DNA of 63,651 nucleotides, filler included, from Octopus bimaculoides (lineage: Eukaryota), in the NCBI RefSeq assembly GCF_001194135.2. It is 5 parts of 5 records of this genome, joined end to end, with 100 filler letters (N's around TTAATTAATTAA, not from the genome) between each part and the next. Parts side by side here need not be neighbours in the genome. Positions count along the whole stretch, not along the records: positions 1 to 26,656 come from NC_068989.1; positions 26,757 to 48,120 come from NC_068984.1; 3 more parts are not named here. One strand, written 5' to 3'. Below the pieces are notes generated by a model that was not told where the DNA came from, made no database searches, and worked only from the letters and a program-made list of their open reading frames with translations. A program made the position numbers and the translations under genes. This document shows positions 13,095 through 27,583 of this stretch, one piece after another (the first letter of the stretch is position 1; every line of letters begins with the position of its first letter).

Positions 13095-13597
13095 TTATGT
13101 GTCCGTGGTTGTGTGTGTTTGCACATTTGTGTGTGTGCGTGCTTGTGTGTAACGAGCGCACGAATTTATGATAGAAACATGTAACTGAATAAGTAGGAAG
13201 GTTTGTCTGTTAGTTCTTCAAACACGTGGATTATTAGATAGAAGAACTCTTGACCAAAATCCTTCCGGTGAGTGAATTAAAACCCAACGAGGAAATAATT
13301 CCAATATTGACATTTGGAGTAGGTTAAAGGAAATACACAGAAACAGGCACGTTCTGGAATGGATTGACCGAATCGGTAGAGTGCCTGGCAAAATTTCTCA
13401 GGAATTTAGTTACAGCCCTTTACATTTTCATTTCATATCTCGATGATATCTTTGCGTATCATTCTTCCGAGTCGTTGTAATTTAATCGCTGTCCAATATT
13501 GGTTCATTGCTACAATGGTTATTAGATATAAAATGGAAAAACGGAGAAATAAAAGTAATGTCTGATAATCTAGCATGCTAATAGTTTAGAGCTGTCC

Positions 13598-13920
13598 TTA
13601 GCACGCTAGGCATAATGCCTCGTGGCATTTCATCCGTCTTTACGTTCTGAGTTCAAATTCCACCGAGGTCGACCTTGTCTTTCATTTCTTTGGTGTCAAT
13701 AAAATAAGTACCAGTTCAGCATTGAGACCGATATAATCGACTTGCTCTTTTCCTGAACTTGCTAGCCTTGTGCAAGAATTTGAAATCAAAATTTTAGAGC
13801 TCTTTTAGAAATCCGAGCAAAATGCTTCGCAGCGTGCCATTAGTCTTCACGTTCTGAATTTAGATCCCGCCGAGGTCAAGTTTCACCATTCGGGGCCGAT
13901 AATATAAGTACCAGTAGAGC
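13598..13920 (+). mobile_element. Two tandem older SINE-A copies
   Basis: gttctgagttcaaattccaccgaggtcgacc...aataaaataagtaccag (13598-13790) and a second degraded copy ttctgaatttagatcccgccgaggtc...taagtaccag (~13810-13920). Confidence 0.75.
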
Positions 13921-15618
13921 ATCTGATTAAAGTAAAACTGTTTTTTTATAACTACTAAACATAAGAACATACATTAGTATATATATATATATATATGCGT
14001 GCAATATTGACGTTTATCTGAGTGTGTCTGCGTGAAGAGAAAGAGGAAAAGGAAAGAATTGGATGGTTGTAAACAAGTTTGTAAGTTACACAAGATAAGC
14101 ATTACAGCAACATTGTTATGTAATGAATTATTACACACACATCCACCTTATATCTTCTTTCTATTTATTCAAAAATCTAAACCATTCGCCTAATTGACAA
14201 AAAACTCTTGTGACATATGTAAGATAAGTTCTGGCAAGGTGGATATTATTCTTGTTCGGTGAGATAATTACTCAACACATCTTTAAAGAAAAGTCTTGAA
14301 AAATATTGCATTTAAAGAACAATGTAAAAGAGAAAAAATAGACAATATCTGTAGTTTAAGAAATCTGTTTCTCTAGAGATGTTGCCATTTATTTCTACAA
14401 AGGTGACATTTTTCATATTTCGTTTTTCGGAGAATCCCTTCGCAGACAATGAACAATATACATACATACATACATACATACATATGTATACATGCATACA
14501 TACATACATACATATATATATATACATATATATATATATATNNNNNNNNNNNNNNNNNNNNNNNNNNNNNNNNNNNNNNNNNNNNNNNNNNNNNNNNNNN
14601 NNNNNNNNNNNNNNNNNNNNNNNNNNNNNNNNNNNNNNNNNNNNNNNNNNNNNNNNNNNNNNNNNNNNNNNNNNNNNNNNNNNNNNNNNNNNNNNNNNNN
14701 NNNNNNNNNNNNNNNNNNNNNNNNNNNNNNNNNNNNNNNNNNNNNNNNNNNNNNNNNNNNNNNNNNNNNNNNNNNNNNNNNNNNNNNNNNNNNNNNNNNN
14801 NNNNNNNNNNNNNNNNNNNNNNNNNNNNNNNNNNNNNNNNNNNNNNNNNNNNNNNNNNNNNNNNNNNNNNNNNNNNNNNNNNNNNNNNNNNNNNNNNNNN
14901 NNNNNNNNNNNNNNNNNNNNNNNNNNNNNNNNNNNNNNNNNNNNNATATAAATATATATACATGCAGGAGTTGGACCAAATAATGGAAACCACGTTTTAA
15001 ATAACTATTTTTCGTATCTGCAACAGAAAAAATTCAAAACTGTTCGAGTCAGTACATGTGATGTGTGTTCAAATATTTTATGTAACATTGTATTTTTTTC
15101 TTATTTTCATTTTTGAAGTTATTTCTGTTGAAATAAGTTAAAGCGCGTGACCTTTCTGATTTCCAAAGAAGGTCAAATTTACGTCCGCGGATGGATGGGG
15201 CTTCAGTCATTAAAACTGCTGAATAGTTTAATATTTCGAGATATACAATCCCTAAATATTTCAAACGAAGTTAAAATCAGCTCCACTTAGCTCAATTCTG
15301 GTTGGAAGGCAAAGCTCACAGACCAAGACCGTAGTATTGTAAATCGTATTGAGTTTAAAAACCATGAAATTAAGCTAGTAAAACTTATAGATCTAAACCA
15401 TCACCTTACCAACCGTTTGTCGGCCGAAATAGGTTCTATAAGTCTGGATACCATGGAAGGGCAGCAGTTTCTGAATCTCTTCTGCATTCTTTCAACATCG
15501 ATAAACGAAGAAATGGAATCTAGACAACCAGAAACCCCATTATTTTCTACTCTACAACCACGACATCCAACACGAACACCAGCATCCAACACGAGAATCA
15601 GAAAAGTGCACGCGCACG

Positions 15619-15712
<94 letters not shown>

Positions 15713-16378
15713 AACACACACACGAACCAACTTCTACTTACCCCAGCTGAATCATCCTCAAATAACGAAGGAAATCCAGAAGGGCACAGAAAGGCTCAAA
15801 AACAGAGGGCAAAAGGACAATTCGCCCACAAAAAAACATCAAACGTAGACGAAACCCCTCGAATCAAACCGAGCTATCACACAGCAACTCATGCACTGAA
15901 ACAATACCAAGCACAACAAGCCAGAAACCTATCATTACAACAACTCAACTTCCAACTTTACACCCTACAACAACAGTAACAAGAAGACCAAGAAAACACA
16001 CAGACCAACAACTAGACAACCAGTAAAAGAAACAACAGCAAACACAAAAAAAAAACAACACTGAATTTGCTTTTGTTGTTGTCGACTTCACCAGAATAAG
16101 CAAAATATGGAATAAACGGACCGAACCATTACAAAGACGAAATAACAACAGAAGAGGAGTTTGAAAAGTTCATCCCGCAAACATCTAAAATGAGTGTGCT
16201 AATAAAAACGTCAAGTCACATTTACCACACTGTTTTGGACAATTTCCCAGAAATCGTTGGGAATTTGGAAAATTGCTGAACAAAATTTTATTACAGAAAG
16301 ACCCATCAAGGGACATCTATCTCAAAAGAACACAGAACATCTGTCACTCGAAATGACAGGTCTATCCCCGCCATTAAA

Positions 16379-17582
16379 CATGATATCACTGAGCTGAATG
16401 CATTATGTGCATGCCCTAGCGTCAGTTTGGAAGCAAGGTCACTTACTCAATGACATCAGTTTGCGACGTAGCTGTAGTAGCCATTACTGAAACCAGAATT
16501 TCTGAAACGCACGCATTCAGCTCCATTTTTGACAGGAACAGGATGTGCTTATCGTGTGGCATGCTGGGATCGGGCAGTGGCGTAGTAGGGCTTTTATGGG
16601 CGGTACTAAATGTAGATGGCAGAAAAGGCGGTGCTTCAGACTAACGACCGACTATGCACCCACTGGGGCAGAATGGCCAGGTTGCTTTCGACGTCTAGAA
16701 ACTTTCCTAAGAACATTCTGCTGTTTAGTACGAGTAGGCCATTGAAATGGTATAGGACACACAATGGGTTTGTATTGGATTAAACCAGAAGAGGGGATGC
16801 AGAAGCTTTGAAATCATGCTCCGATTGGATTTCTTGAATGTGCTAATGGAGACTTCGAGTCACTACGGTGGGTCTTCCAGATTGTACCTAGATAGAATGT
16901 TCTTTAGACTAGCTGACAGAGATACTTTACAGTGTCCACAATTTAAACTGGTCGGCTAACCAGGTCACAAATTTGTGATCTGCACAGTCGCCTTAAATAG
17001 GGCTCATAGACAGGGGTCCAGATACTGGAAGTCGAATGTGACTTCTACGAACGAGGAAATATCACAGAGACCGGAATACCGACGTAGTCAAGCGGCATTT
17101 GACACGGGCAGTAAACGGCAAGTAGTGGGGAACCCTGAAGGGGCCGAATAAATATGAGCCAATAGCATTTACTAAAGAGTTAGTGATAGAGGGAAATAGA
17201 TTATAGTAGGAGCTCGTAAGTACAATAGAAGAGGCAATTGGAAACGGCGCTGCAACAGAGGGGTGACTGCCTCTCGACCATTTCTTCGATGGGAAACATA
17301 GAGGCTACGTTGTCAGGGTTGGAGCTCGAACACTAAAGGAAGAAAAACCCAAAGACATTCGATGGGTCTGAGTGGTGGGGGGAGGGGTGCAACGTGAAAA
17401 CAGAGTTACAGCTCGGTTCTTTGATAGATTGGGATGGATGGGCGTGTACGGCGCGGCTCCAAGCAAATGCGTGCGGCTTTCCAGCAGCACTTTGCTCCAC
17501 TCTTCCGAGAAAGCTATCGGTCACAAAGAATTATGCGCTTCAGTGACTACCTCGATGGCTTGCTGCGGCTCCCGGAGGAGCG
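16379..17582 (+). pseudogene. Decayed L1/Tx1-like ORF2, APE endonuclease to pre-RT linker
   Basis: DVAVVAITETR (endonuclease catalytic E motif), GSGVVGLL, FRLTTDYAPTGAEWPGCFRRLETFL, RGYVVRVGARTLKEEKP, and [14 protein letters not shown]...DYLDGLLRL. The last aligns with KMCEAFRKYFAQLF...NFLAGLPCL at 40600-40700. Many stops and frameshifts. Confidence 0.8.
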
Positions 17583-17597
17583 GCAAGGCACACATCA

Positions 17598-17633
<36 letters not shown>

Positions 17634-17776
17634 GTATGTATGTATATATGTATATATATATATATATATTATGTATGTATGTATATATGTATGTATATAT
17701 ATATTATGTATGTATGTATATATGTATGTATATATGTATGTATATACATATATAAATATATATATATGTATGTATG

Positions 17777-17808
<32 letters not shown>

Positions 17809-18007
17809 TATATNNNNNNNNNNNNNNNNNNNNNNNNNNNNNNNNNNNNNNNNNNNNNNNNNNNNNNNNNNNNNNNNNNNNNNNNNNNNNNNNNNNNNNN
17901 NNNNNNNNNNNNNNNNNNNNNNNNTATAAATTCCTATACAACGAAAGAAAGAAAGAAGTGAAGTAACGATGATCAGTATTTGCATACATACATACACACA
18001 CACACAC

Positions 18008-18039
<32 letters not shown>

Positions 18040-18159
18040 GCATTCACACATACATACATACATACATACATACATACACACATACATACATACATACATA
18101 CACACATACATACATACATACATACACACATACATACATACATACATATATACATACAC

Positions 18160-18190
<31 letters not shown>

Positions 18191-18721
18191 CATACACACA
18201 TACATACATACATACATACATACACACATACACACATACATACACACATACATACACACATGCATACATGGACATAAACGAACGCCATCAATACGTCGAT
18301 AGAATCAGTTTCCATACTGAAACAGAAGATAACCAGGTTGCCTTTCCTCCTTGGAGATTAGGAGTTAATCAATTTATTTAAAACTTGAATATGCAAGATA
18401 AATGGTTAACTGATGGCAGCAGACTCTCCCGTTTCTCTCGGTCTCTTCCATCCTCTCTCTCGCTCTCGCTCTCTCTCTTTTTATATATAAATATGTGCAT
18501 GTGTATGTATGTGTGTGCATGCATTGTGTGTGTGCGTGTATGTGTTTTTTTTTTGTGTGTGTATAAAAGCCATACATACGCATACATATCGAGATGCAAT
18601 AATACACATAATTATACATATCGAAGAGCAGACATATCATATACGCAATTACATCTATAATTATATGTAAATATATGTATGAATATGAGAGAACGTGTGT
18701 GCGTGTTTAAACGCACATACA

Positions 18722-18806
<85 letters not shown>

Positions 18807-19315
18807 TTGTATGTATACATATGTATCAATAATTGTATATTTATATATATGCATATGTATGTATATATGTGTATGTATATCTGTATATATATATGTGTGT
18901 GTGTGTGTGCGTATATATGTGCACAAATGTGTGTATATTTTATACACACACACACGCGTTAAATTTATTTCGGTATCATTAACGACGAAATATGTCTATG
19001 CATAATGTCGTGTGTGTGTGTGTGTATGTGTTTGTATGTGTTTACGTGTGTGTTTTCCGTGTGAGGTTTTCTATTGGTATATAGATATATATGTTTATGC
19101 ATTTAAAGAATTTCCATAGAATTCATGAAAAGGCATATCTGTACGTTTCAATTCAGATTTAGTTCTGAATATTACGGATATGTGTTTATATATTGTCGTC
19201 TTATAATTCCTGCTGATCGCATATTTGTAGAAAATTCTTTATTGATGTATGATACAGAATATTAAAATCTCTAACATTTTATAAGTATCGACTTTATTAT
19301 TTAGCTATTTCAGAC

Positions 19316-19525
19316 GGGGGCGAGGTGGCCGAATCGTTAGCGCGTCGAACAAAATGCTTAGTGGCATTTCTTCAGGTTTTACTTCGTGAGTTCGGATTCC
19401 ACAGGTGTCGACCTTGCCTTTCGTTATTTCGGAATCAATAAAATAAGTACCAGGCAAACTTTAAAGCAGAGGAAATCGATTAATCTCCTCCCATTAAGTT
19501 TTTTGGCTTTGTTCCAAAAGTAGGA
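19316..19525 (+). mobile_element. Older SINE-A copy
   Basis: ggcgaggtggccgaatcgttagcgcgtcgaacaaaatgcttagtggcatttc...gagttcggattcc...aataaaataagtaccag. Confidence 0.75.
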
Positions 19526-21407
19526 ACCATAATTTAGCTGTTATGGTTACACATGTGATTGCTTTATTGGTTTGTAGTCAAAAATCAACTCTAATATGGT
19601 TGATGTATACTCTAAGGCATTCCAGCCGTGACCATTCTGTCTTTTTAAGGATATTTAAGCTGTCATAGTTTAATCATCTAATGTACCATTTTCGTTTTAA
19701 GGGGTTCCTTGTTATTTGAGGGACATACGCTTGCTATTTATTTCTGACGGTTCATACGACTGCGTTGAGATTCCGTCGTTTGCCACTTGACCAGCGCTGG
19801 ATTAAGCATTTAGCAAAGGAAGCACGTGATCAGTCCATCAAAGGAAGGAGGGGGGGACCACAGAAATGGTAAATGGTTTACGGTACAAAAGAAATCACTT
19901 TAAACTTGCTAAAATAATATTTGGGATGCCTTTATCTCTACTAAGTATAGATGCAGATGTGTTACCTAAGATTAATTTTGAGGATCTGATCAAAGACTTT
20001 GCAATTCAAAAAAGTAGGAGGAAACTTTTCAAATATAAATAAAATGGAACTGTACAAAAATAAACATTATTTTCCCTCATACTGGTTTGTTTCGTTTTGA
20101 AAAATACAAATTCATTTTATGGTTTGTTATTGTTTATATTTTGAATTACATAATCTTTTATGGAGGCACCAAAATCTCTTAAGTGCTTAGGGTCTCGATG
20201 GGTCTTAATCCGGCCCTGCTCTTGGCACAGCTTTTCGTTTGTCAAGTAGTGAATGGACAAAAACCTATAGATATTTTTGGGGTTCGGTAATGCAAAGAGG
20301 AAAAGAATGGGAGTATTTCCTCGCTCTGATGTAATCAGTCTTTGCGATGCAATCTCAGGAATGGTAGCTATGCAGTTGAACACACGGCGCTGGATCTAGT
20401 TGTGGGCTCCTCATCCTGGACTGAGATGAGATACGTTAATATTTTCGTGATATATGTCGAGTTTCTCGGTAGAAGGGTTAACGTTTTTATTGTTACTGTT
20501 GAAGATACAGAAGACATGATTCCATTGGATGATGTTTTCGACATTTATGTTAATGGAATCTGTACAGTTACATTTCGATAAAATTTACATGCCGTTGGTT
20601 AGAAAGGAATAATGTGCGTGTCTGAGTGTGCGTGCGTGTATGTGTGTGTGCGTTTATGCCTATGTGTGTGTGTATGTGTGATATTATCTGTAGAAGAAGA
20701 GGTGCAGTTGGAGGGGGTGGCTTACGCTTTATGCTGAGTCACCTGACCATAATGTGTAAGTCTGATGATTATGCAATTTTGGTAACTTAAATCTAATAGC
20801 ATATAATACACCTATGCAGCATTTTTATCTTGTCTCAAAATCTACATTCAACAGAATACAACTTTCTCTCAAGAGATCTTTTTTTTTTTTTGTTATCTTT
20901 TTGTGACTAATGATTTTCTAATATGTATATTTTTTCAGCTCAAAACAAGATATAAATAAAATACTGAAAAAAGAGAATATTAACTAAGGAGATTTAAAAT
21001 AACAGTAAATAATTTAGCGTATAGAAATCAATACTACTAACTTAAAACGCTGGCAGAATATATTTTTTCTTCTATTTTTAACTAGTTATTATTGAAGAGA
21101 TAGTGTCGTTATAGTTTTTAGTCTAATAGATAGTTGCCGTTTTCGATGCCGTCGTTGTTTAACCCCAGGCCAAATCAGAACGAGTAGATCAATGATCAAC
21201 GGTGCTTTAGCAGTGACTGTGTGGTCCAATGGTTTACAGCAGCGATTCATGTGACCCTTGGGGTTCCATATGGCACATGAAGGCCAATGTAAGATCTTTT
21301 TGTTGAATTTTATGAGCAATAATTTCTTTATACGAATATAATACACGAAATATTTCAGTAATTTTTTTTAATACGATTCCTGATAATATCCAATTATAAA
21401 AAGTATC

Positions 21408-21860
<453 letters not shown>

Positions 21861-22370
21861 TAAACACTGAATGGTTATGTGAGTTCCCCGAAATAAAATA
21901 GGAATCAATGAGATCCATTGGCAAAAAACGGTTGAGAACAACTTTTTGTCTATTTGATATCGGAAACAGCATTAACTAATGTGTCTTTATTTTAAATGGC
22001 AGATTTAGTTGATAATTAATGCACACCGAGTGATCTTGTAAATGGTGTTTCGTTGTTGGTTTTGGTCCCAGCTTTGTCACGATTGTGTGAACTTTTGATA
22101 AAGAAAAATGTCAACTATGATCTCTTGGTTCTTTTTATACGTCACGTGCAACATTATTCGAAATATACATCCATTTCAATATGGCTGATTGGGATATTAG
22201 ACTTTGTAGTTGCTATTTCAAGCAGATCAAGTGACTCCATAGGGACTACTTCGTTGGTTCGTAGAAATATCCGAGGAAGATTAATACACTCGATTCAGTC
22301 TTAAATAGAAAGAGAAATATGCTTATATATATGTGTGTATGTAGATTTGTGTGCGTATGTGTATACACAC

Positions 22371-22412
<42 letters not shown>

Positions 22413-23425
22413 ATATACATGCACATACTCATGCATATGCGTACCTGTATGTGGGAGATGATATTTAAAACAAGTGTTCAAGTTTGTTCGATTATTAATA
22501 TTTTATACATATTTAACTTGTACTTAAGCAAAAAAAGGAAATTTTGAATGCAATATCCTACAGTCCTAATCAAGAAGCACTTTCCAGCAGGTTACATCAA
22601 CATATATTTGTCATTTGCTTTAAGTTGTTTAATAAAAGCAAAGCCAAAGTCAATAATAACTGTACGAAAGTTATCGGTAGCATAACAGTAAACAAATTAC
22701 GAATTCATTGACAATAATCTCTACGTAGGGAAATGGTATCTCAATAGTAAGAAAACTGGATTCTTAACGAAAAATGCTTGAAGAAAGTAATTGCCTGTAA
22801 AGCAAATATAATATTTCAAGTGGTTACAAAAGAATTATGGAGTAAACAGTATATGCAAAGCTGGCTTTAAAAGCCATTTCTTTAACAAGAGTCAACTTTC
22901 TCGAAGGAGAAAGAGAGAACACAGGAATATCCAGAAAGTTGTGGTTGTGAACGAACGCCGTACGCTGACACAAACGAAATAAAACAACAGCAGTCATGTA
23001 GAGCTGGGGAAATATAACCTGATATCCAACCAGCAGATACTTTAAGATAATATCGAAATGCCGACACAAGGAAAATTCTACCTAACAAATTACAACAGAC
23101 CAAGAATTAGTAAAAAAAACAAAAAGCACAGAAACCAATGGCAGATAACCTGTCAGCAAAATAGTAACATTATGAAGCAAACAAGATAGCAACATGACAA
23201 CCAACAAAACCGAACATTTTTTCAACAATTCTTCCTTGTTATAAAGAAGGTATCTTTGGCACGAAATTTGAAGCCACGGAAGAAATAATCAACTGTCTGT
23301 GGATGTGAACATGCGTATATATACATATATATATATAAATATATATATATGTATGTCTATAACATTGCATATGTGTATATATATATAATATATATGTATT
23401 CGGATATGTGTGTATCTACTTATGC

Positions 23426-23480
<55 letters not shown>

Positions 23481-23490
23481 AATCAATCAA

Positions 23491-23522
<32 letters not shown>

Positions 23523-23606
23523 CATATACGCACATACACACACAAACACAGTTATATGGGGGTTGTAGCTATGTATTTATATGGATGTATAATTATATAT
23601 ATATGC

Positions 23607-23646
<40 letters not shown>

Positions 23647-23752
23647 NNNNNNNNNNNNNNNNNNNNNNNNNNNNNNNNNNNNNNNNNNNNNNNNNNNNNN
23701 NNNNNNNNNNNNNNNNNNNNNNNNNNNNNNNNNNNNNNNNNNNNNNNNNNNN

Positions 23753-23810
<58 letters not shown>

Positions 23811-24276
23811 TGTGTGTCTGTGTGCATCTCCGATGTATATACATGCGCAAGTATCTGTATATGTATTAGTGGGAACGTTTGTGCGCAATATAAAATATAT
23901 GATATATCACGTGTAGCAGTAATGATTCATCTCTGTGCGAAAAGGAAGGAAAACAAACATAATTTAGAGCAGACATTGTAAAACATTGGCAAGAATACTA
24001 CACATAACATTTTACTAGTCTTTTCCTAAATCTCTACGACTCTCTTCGTTTCGCTTGATCGGCAAATAAACATTGACAAACTACAGCAACTTCGCTGTTA
24101 AACGCTGCTGTTGGAGTTGTATTTGTTGTGTGATTATATCTGGTGTTATACGGAGTATTTTAATGGATGCAAAACGTATACACAAGATGCACACACTTAA
24201 TCCAGTATGCATATACGTTTATATACGTCTGTGCGCGCGTGAACGCGCTTTAGAAATAATATATTGCGCGGAATCT

Positions 24277-25590
24277 TGGGCAAGTGTTTCCTACTAAAGC
24301 CTCGGGCCGACCAGAGCCTTGTGAGTGGATTTGGTAGACGGAAACTGAAAGAAGCCCGTCATATATATATCCCCTCCCTTCCCTCTCCCCTCCATCCCCC
24401 TTCCCTCTCTTATACCCACCCTCTCTCCTCTCTTCCTCTCCCCTCCCATACCCATCCTCCCCCTCTCTTACATCTACCTTCCCCTTCTCCCTCCTCGTCA
24501 ACACCCCCTCNNNNNNNNNNNNNNNNNNNNNNNNNNNNNNNNNNNNNNNNNNNNNNNNNNNNNNNNNNNNNNNNNNNNNNNNNNNNNNNNNNNNNNNNNN
24601 NNNNNNNNNNNNNNNNNNNNNNNNNNNNNNNNNNNNNNNNNNNNNNNNNNNNNNNNNNNNNNNNNNNNNNNNNNNNNNNNNNNNNNNNNNNNNNNNNNNN
24701 NNNNNNNNNNNNNNNNNNNNNNNNNNNNNNNNNNNNNNNNNNNNNNNNNNNNNNNNNNNNNNNNNNNNNNNNNNNNNNNNNNNNNNNNNNNNNNNNNNNN
24801 NNNNNNNNNNNNNNNNNNNNNNNNNNNNNNNNNNNNNNNNNNNNNNNNNNNNNNNNNNNNNNNNNNNNNNNNNNNNNNNNNNNNNNNNNNNNNNNNNNNN
24901 NNNNNNNNNNNNNNNNNNNNNNNNNNNNNNNNNNNNNNNNNNNNNNNNNNNNNNNNNNNNNNNNNNNNNNNNNNNNNNNNNNNNNNNNNNNNNNNNNNNN
25001 NNNNNNNNNNNNNNNNNNNNNNNNNNNNNNNNNNNNNNNNNNNNNNNNNNNNNNNNNNNNNNNNNNNNNNNNNNNNNNNNNNNNNNNNNNNNNNNNNNNN
25101 NNNNNNNNNNNNNNNNNNNNNNNNNNNNNNNNNNNNNNNNNNNNNNNNNNNNNNNNNNNNNNNNNNNNNNNNNNNNNNNNNNNNNNNNNNNNNNNNNNNN
25201 NNNNNNNNNNNNNNNNNNNNNNNNNNNNNNNNNNNNNNNNNNNNNNNNNNNNNNNNNNNNNNNNNNNNNNNNNNNNNNNNNNNNNNNNNNNNNNNNNNNN
25301 NNNNNNNNNNNNNNNNNNNNNNNNNNNNNNNNNNNNNNNNNNNNNNNNNNNNNNNNNNNNNNNNNNNNNNNNNNNNNNNNNNNNNTATATATTTATATTT
25401 GTATGTATGTATGTATGTATGTATATGTTTGTGTGCCTGTGTTTGTACCCACCACCACCACCAACATCGCTTGACAACCGATACTTGTGTATTTATGTCC
25501 TCGTAATTTAGCGGTTCGGTAAAAGTGACCGATAGAATAAGTGCCAGACTTATAAAGAATAAGTCCCGGGTTCGATTTGTTCAACTAAAG
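24277..25590 (+). mobile_element. SINE-B copy whose internal simple-repeat region is expanded (TA, CT-rich tract, N gap); 3' end cut by a CR1 fragment
   Basis: 5' half cttgggcaagtgtttcctactaaagcctcgggccgacc...gaaagaagcccgtc at 24277-24360; 3' half at 25428-25590. Confidence 0.8.
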
Positions 25591-26003
25591 TCGTTGCTCA
25601 TGTGGATTTCCATGTTATTCACTGACTCTTCTGAGATTACATTGCCTGCTGGTCCCGTGGACTTCAGCTGTAGTTTTTTTTGTGGGCTGATAGCCGAGTG
25701 CTTGAAGTTTTGCGGCATTGAACTGCAGATTATTCTCATTTGCCCATTTATACATTGCGTTCTGGTCATTCTGCACACTTAGGATATCAGTAGGATCCTT
25801 GATGGCCTGCGATACTTTTGTATCATTGGCGTAACTGGTCAGTAGTGGCTGACTCGGGCATGTCCGAGGGAGCAACCACAAACAGTTGTAGTCCCAGCTC
25901 TGTTCCCTCGGGGACTCCGTCACTTCAGAGAGAGCACCATTTGCTGTGACAGCCTGACTTCTGCTCTTCAAGAAATCATGCAGCCACTCTCCCAGTCTAC
26001 CAA
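25591..26003 (-). pseudogene. CR1/L2-type reverse transcriptase fragment
   Basis: [21 protein letters not shown], a frameshifted VPEGTELG (GVPQG motif), then SYANDTKVSQAI...QND.NAMYKWANENNLQFNAAKLQAL (YADD degenerated to YAND). Confidence 0.85.
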
Positions 26004-26018
26004 CATATATATATATAT

Positions 26019-26067
<49 letters not shown>

Positions 26068-26656
26068 TGTATATATATGTTTCTATATACATATATATAT
26101 GCATATATATAAGTGTATATGTGTATATATATATTTGTATATATATCTATCTATGTATGTATATGTATATATATAATATATATACATATATATATATATA
26201 TATATTATATATATANNNNNNNNNNTATATCATAGACTGCAGCTTGTCAACGATTAATCAATGGACAATTATTTATTTCTTATAATTTTATGGCTAATTA
26301 TACATTGCTTCAAAATTTATGGTTCACATTCTCTGTTTTACAATCTTGTTTCGAATTTCTATGTCCTTTTATATATATGTACGTGTTCTTCAATTTATAT
26401 GTTGAGTTATACGAATTTACTTACATAGATAGACACATAGGCATACCTATCTGTGCGCAAGTGTGTGTGTCTGTTTATAAATACGTTTCTTAAAGGTATG
26501 TTACGTATGTAAATACGCGCATATACGCACATCTATATAAATATATACATGCGTATGCATAAATATATACACCTTTGCAGCAATATACGTTTGAATGTGT
26601 TTTTATACTTGTTCCGTTTCCTTTTCAATGAGGTGTTATTATATATATATATATAT

Positions 26657-26756
26657 NNNNNNNNNNNNNNNNNNNNNNNNNNNNNNNNNNNNNNNNNNNN
26701 TTAATTAATTAANNNNNNNNNNNNNNNNNNNNNNNNNNNNNNNNNNNNNNNNNNNN
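26657..26756. other. Assembly spacer N44-TTAATTAATTAA-N44
   Basis: Exactly 100 bp; the same structure recurs three more times. Confidence 0.95.
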
Positions 26757-27583
26757 ATATATATATATATAGTGAGCATTACTAATTAAATAAAATTAAT
26801 TATATAATTTTAACTAAGACAAATGTAGCTTGAGAATGATTAGTGGGAAGCACAAATCAAATTGTAAACAAACGTTTTAAAATACCGGAAGGAATACTTA
26901 GATAAGTTGTAATACTCGGTGGTATTTTAAATTACAGATATAATTATAGTTAAGGCAAAGTTAGATAAAAGTAATTAAATTCTTTATGAATGATCGAATG
27001 GTAAACAAGTTGAATTGTAAACAAGACTCGTAGTGCCAGAAGTAAAAACAAAACAAAAGAAAAGAAACAGTATGCCTCCAAGTAGATTTTGGAGAGTTGA
27101 AATGATGGGAGAGACATACTCAATCTATATGTAAATTATACATATGAAGTATTATAGGGATATTTATAAATATGAACTCAAAACCAAGTAGTTAATAGGG
27201 ATAAAGTTATAAATTTTTTAATGATATTTAAGGTGATAAATACGAGGATTATATATTAAATAAGTTAAAAATAGAAAAGATAAACACATTTTCCATGAAT
27301 TTCTTCCAAACTGTAATAATTGTGTCGCTTCATAAAATGTTTAATTCATATTCCTATGGTTATGTCATGGAGAAAATTTCTAAAAAGAAGGAAGTAATAT
27401 TTTTAACATGTTGAGTCAAAAGGTTTTTCGGATTTTCACTGATGATTTTCTGCTAACTTGTATCTTCCTATGATACTGTTAATTTGATACAATTCGTCCA
27501 ATCGTTGCTGAATTGTTTATTCTTTATTTTCATAAATAACATAAAAACATCAATTGTTTATCCTTTATTTTACAGTTTTGATA

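Noticed and set aside
14405-14445. Minus-strand CTGCGA-AGGGA..TCC-GAAA hammerhead-like motif
   Set aside because: The core has a deletion and no stem I or III can be formed.
20342-20581. 79-aa plus-strand ORF and open antisense frames in unique sequence
   Set aside because: No recognisable motif and no convincing splice boundaries.
26701-26712. TTAATTAATTAA as a homeodomain site, PacI site or piggyBac TTAA array
   Set aside because: It is centred in N44 flanks four times, so it is an assembly linker.
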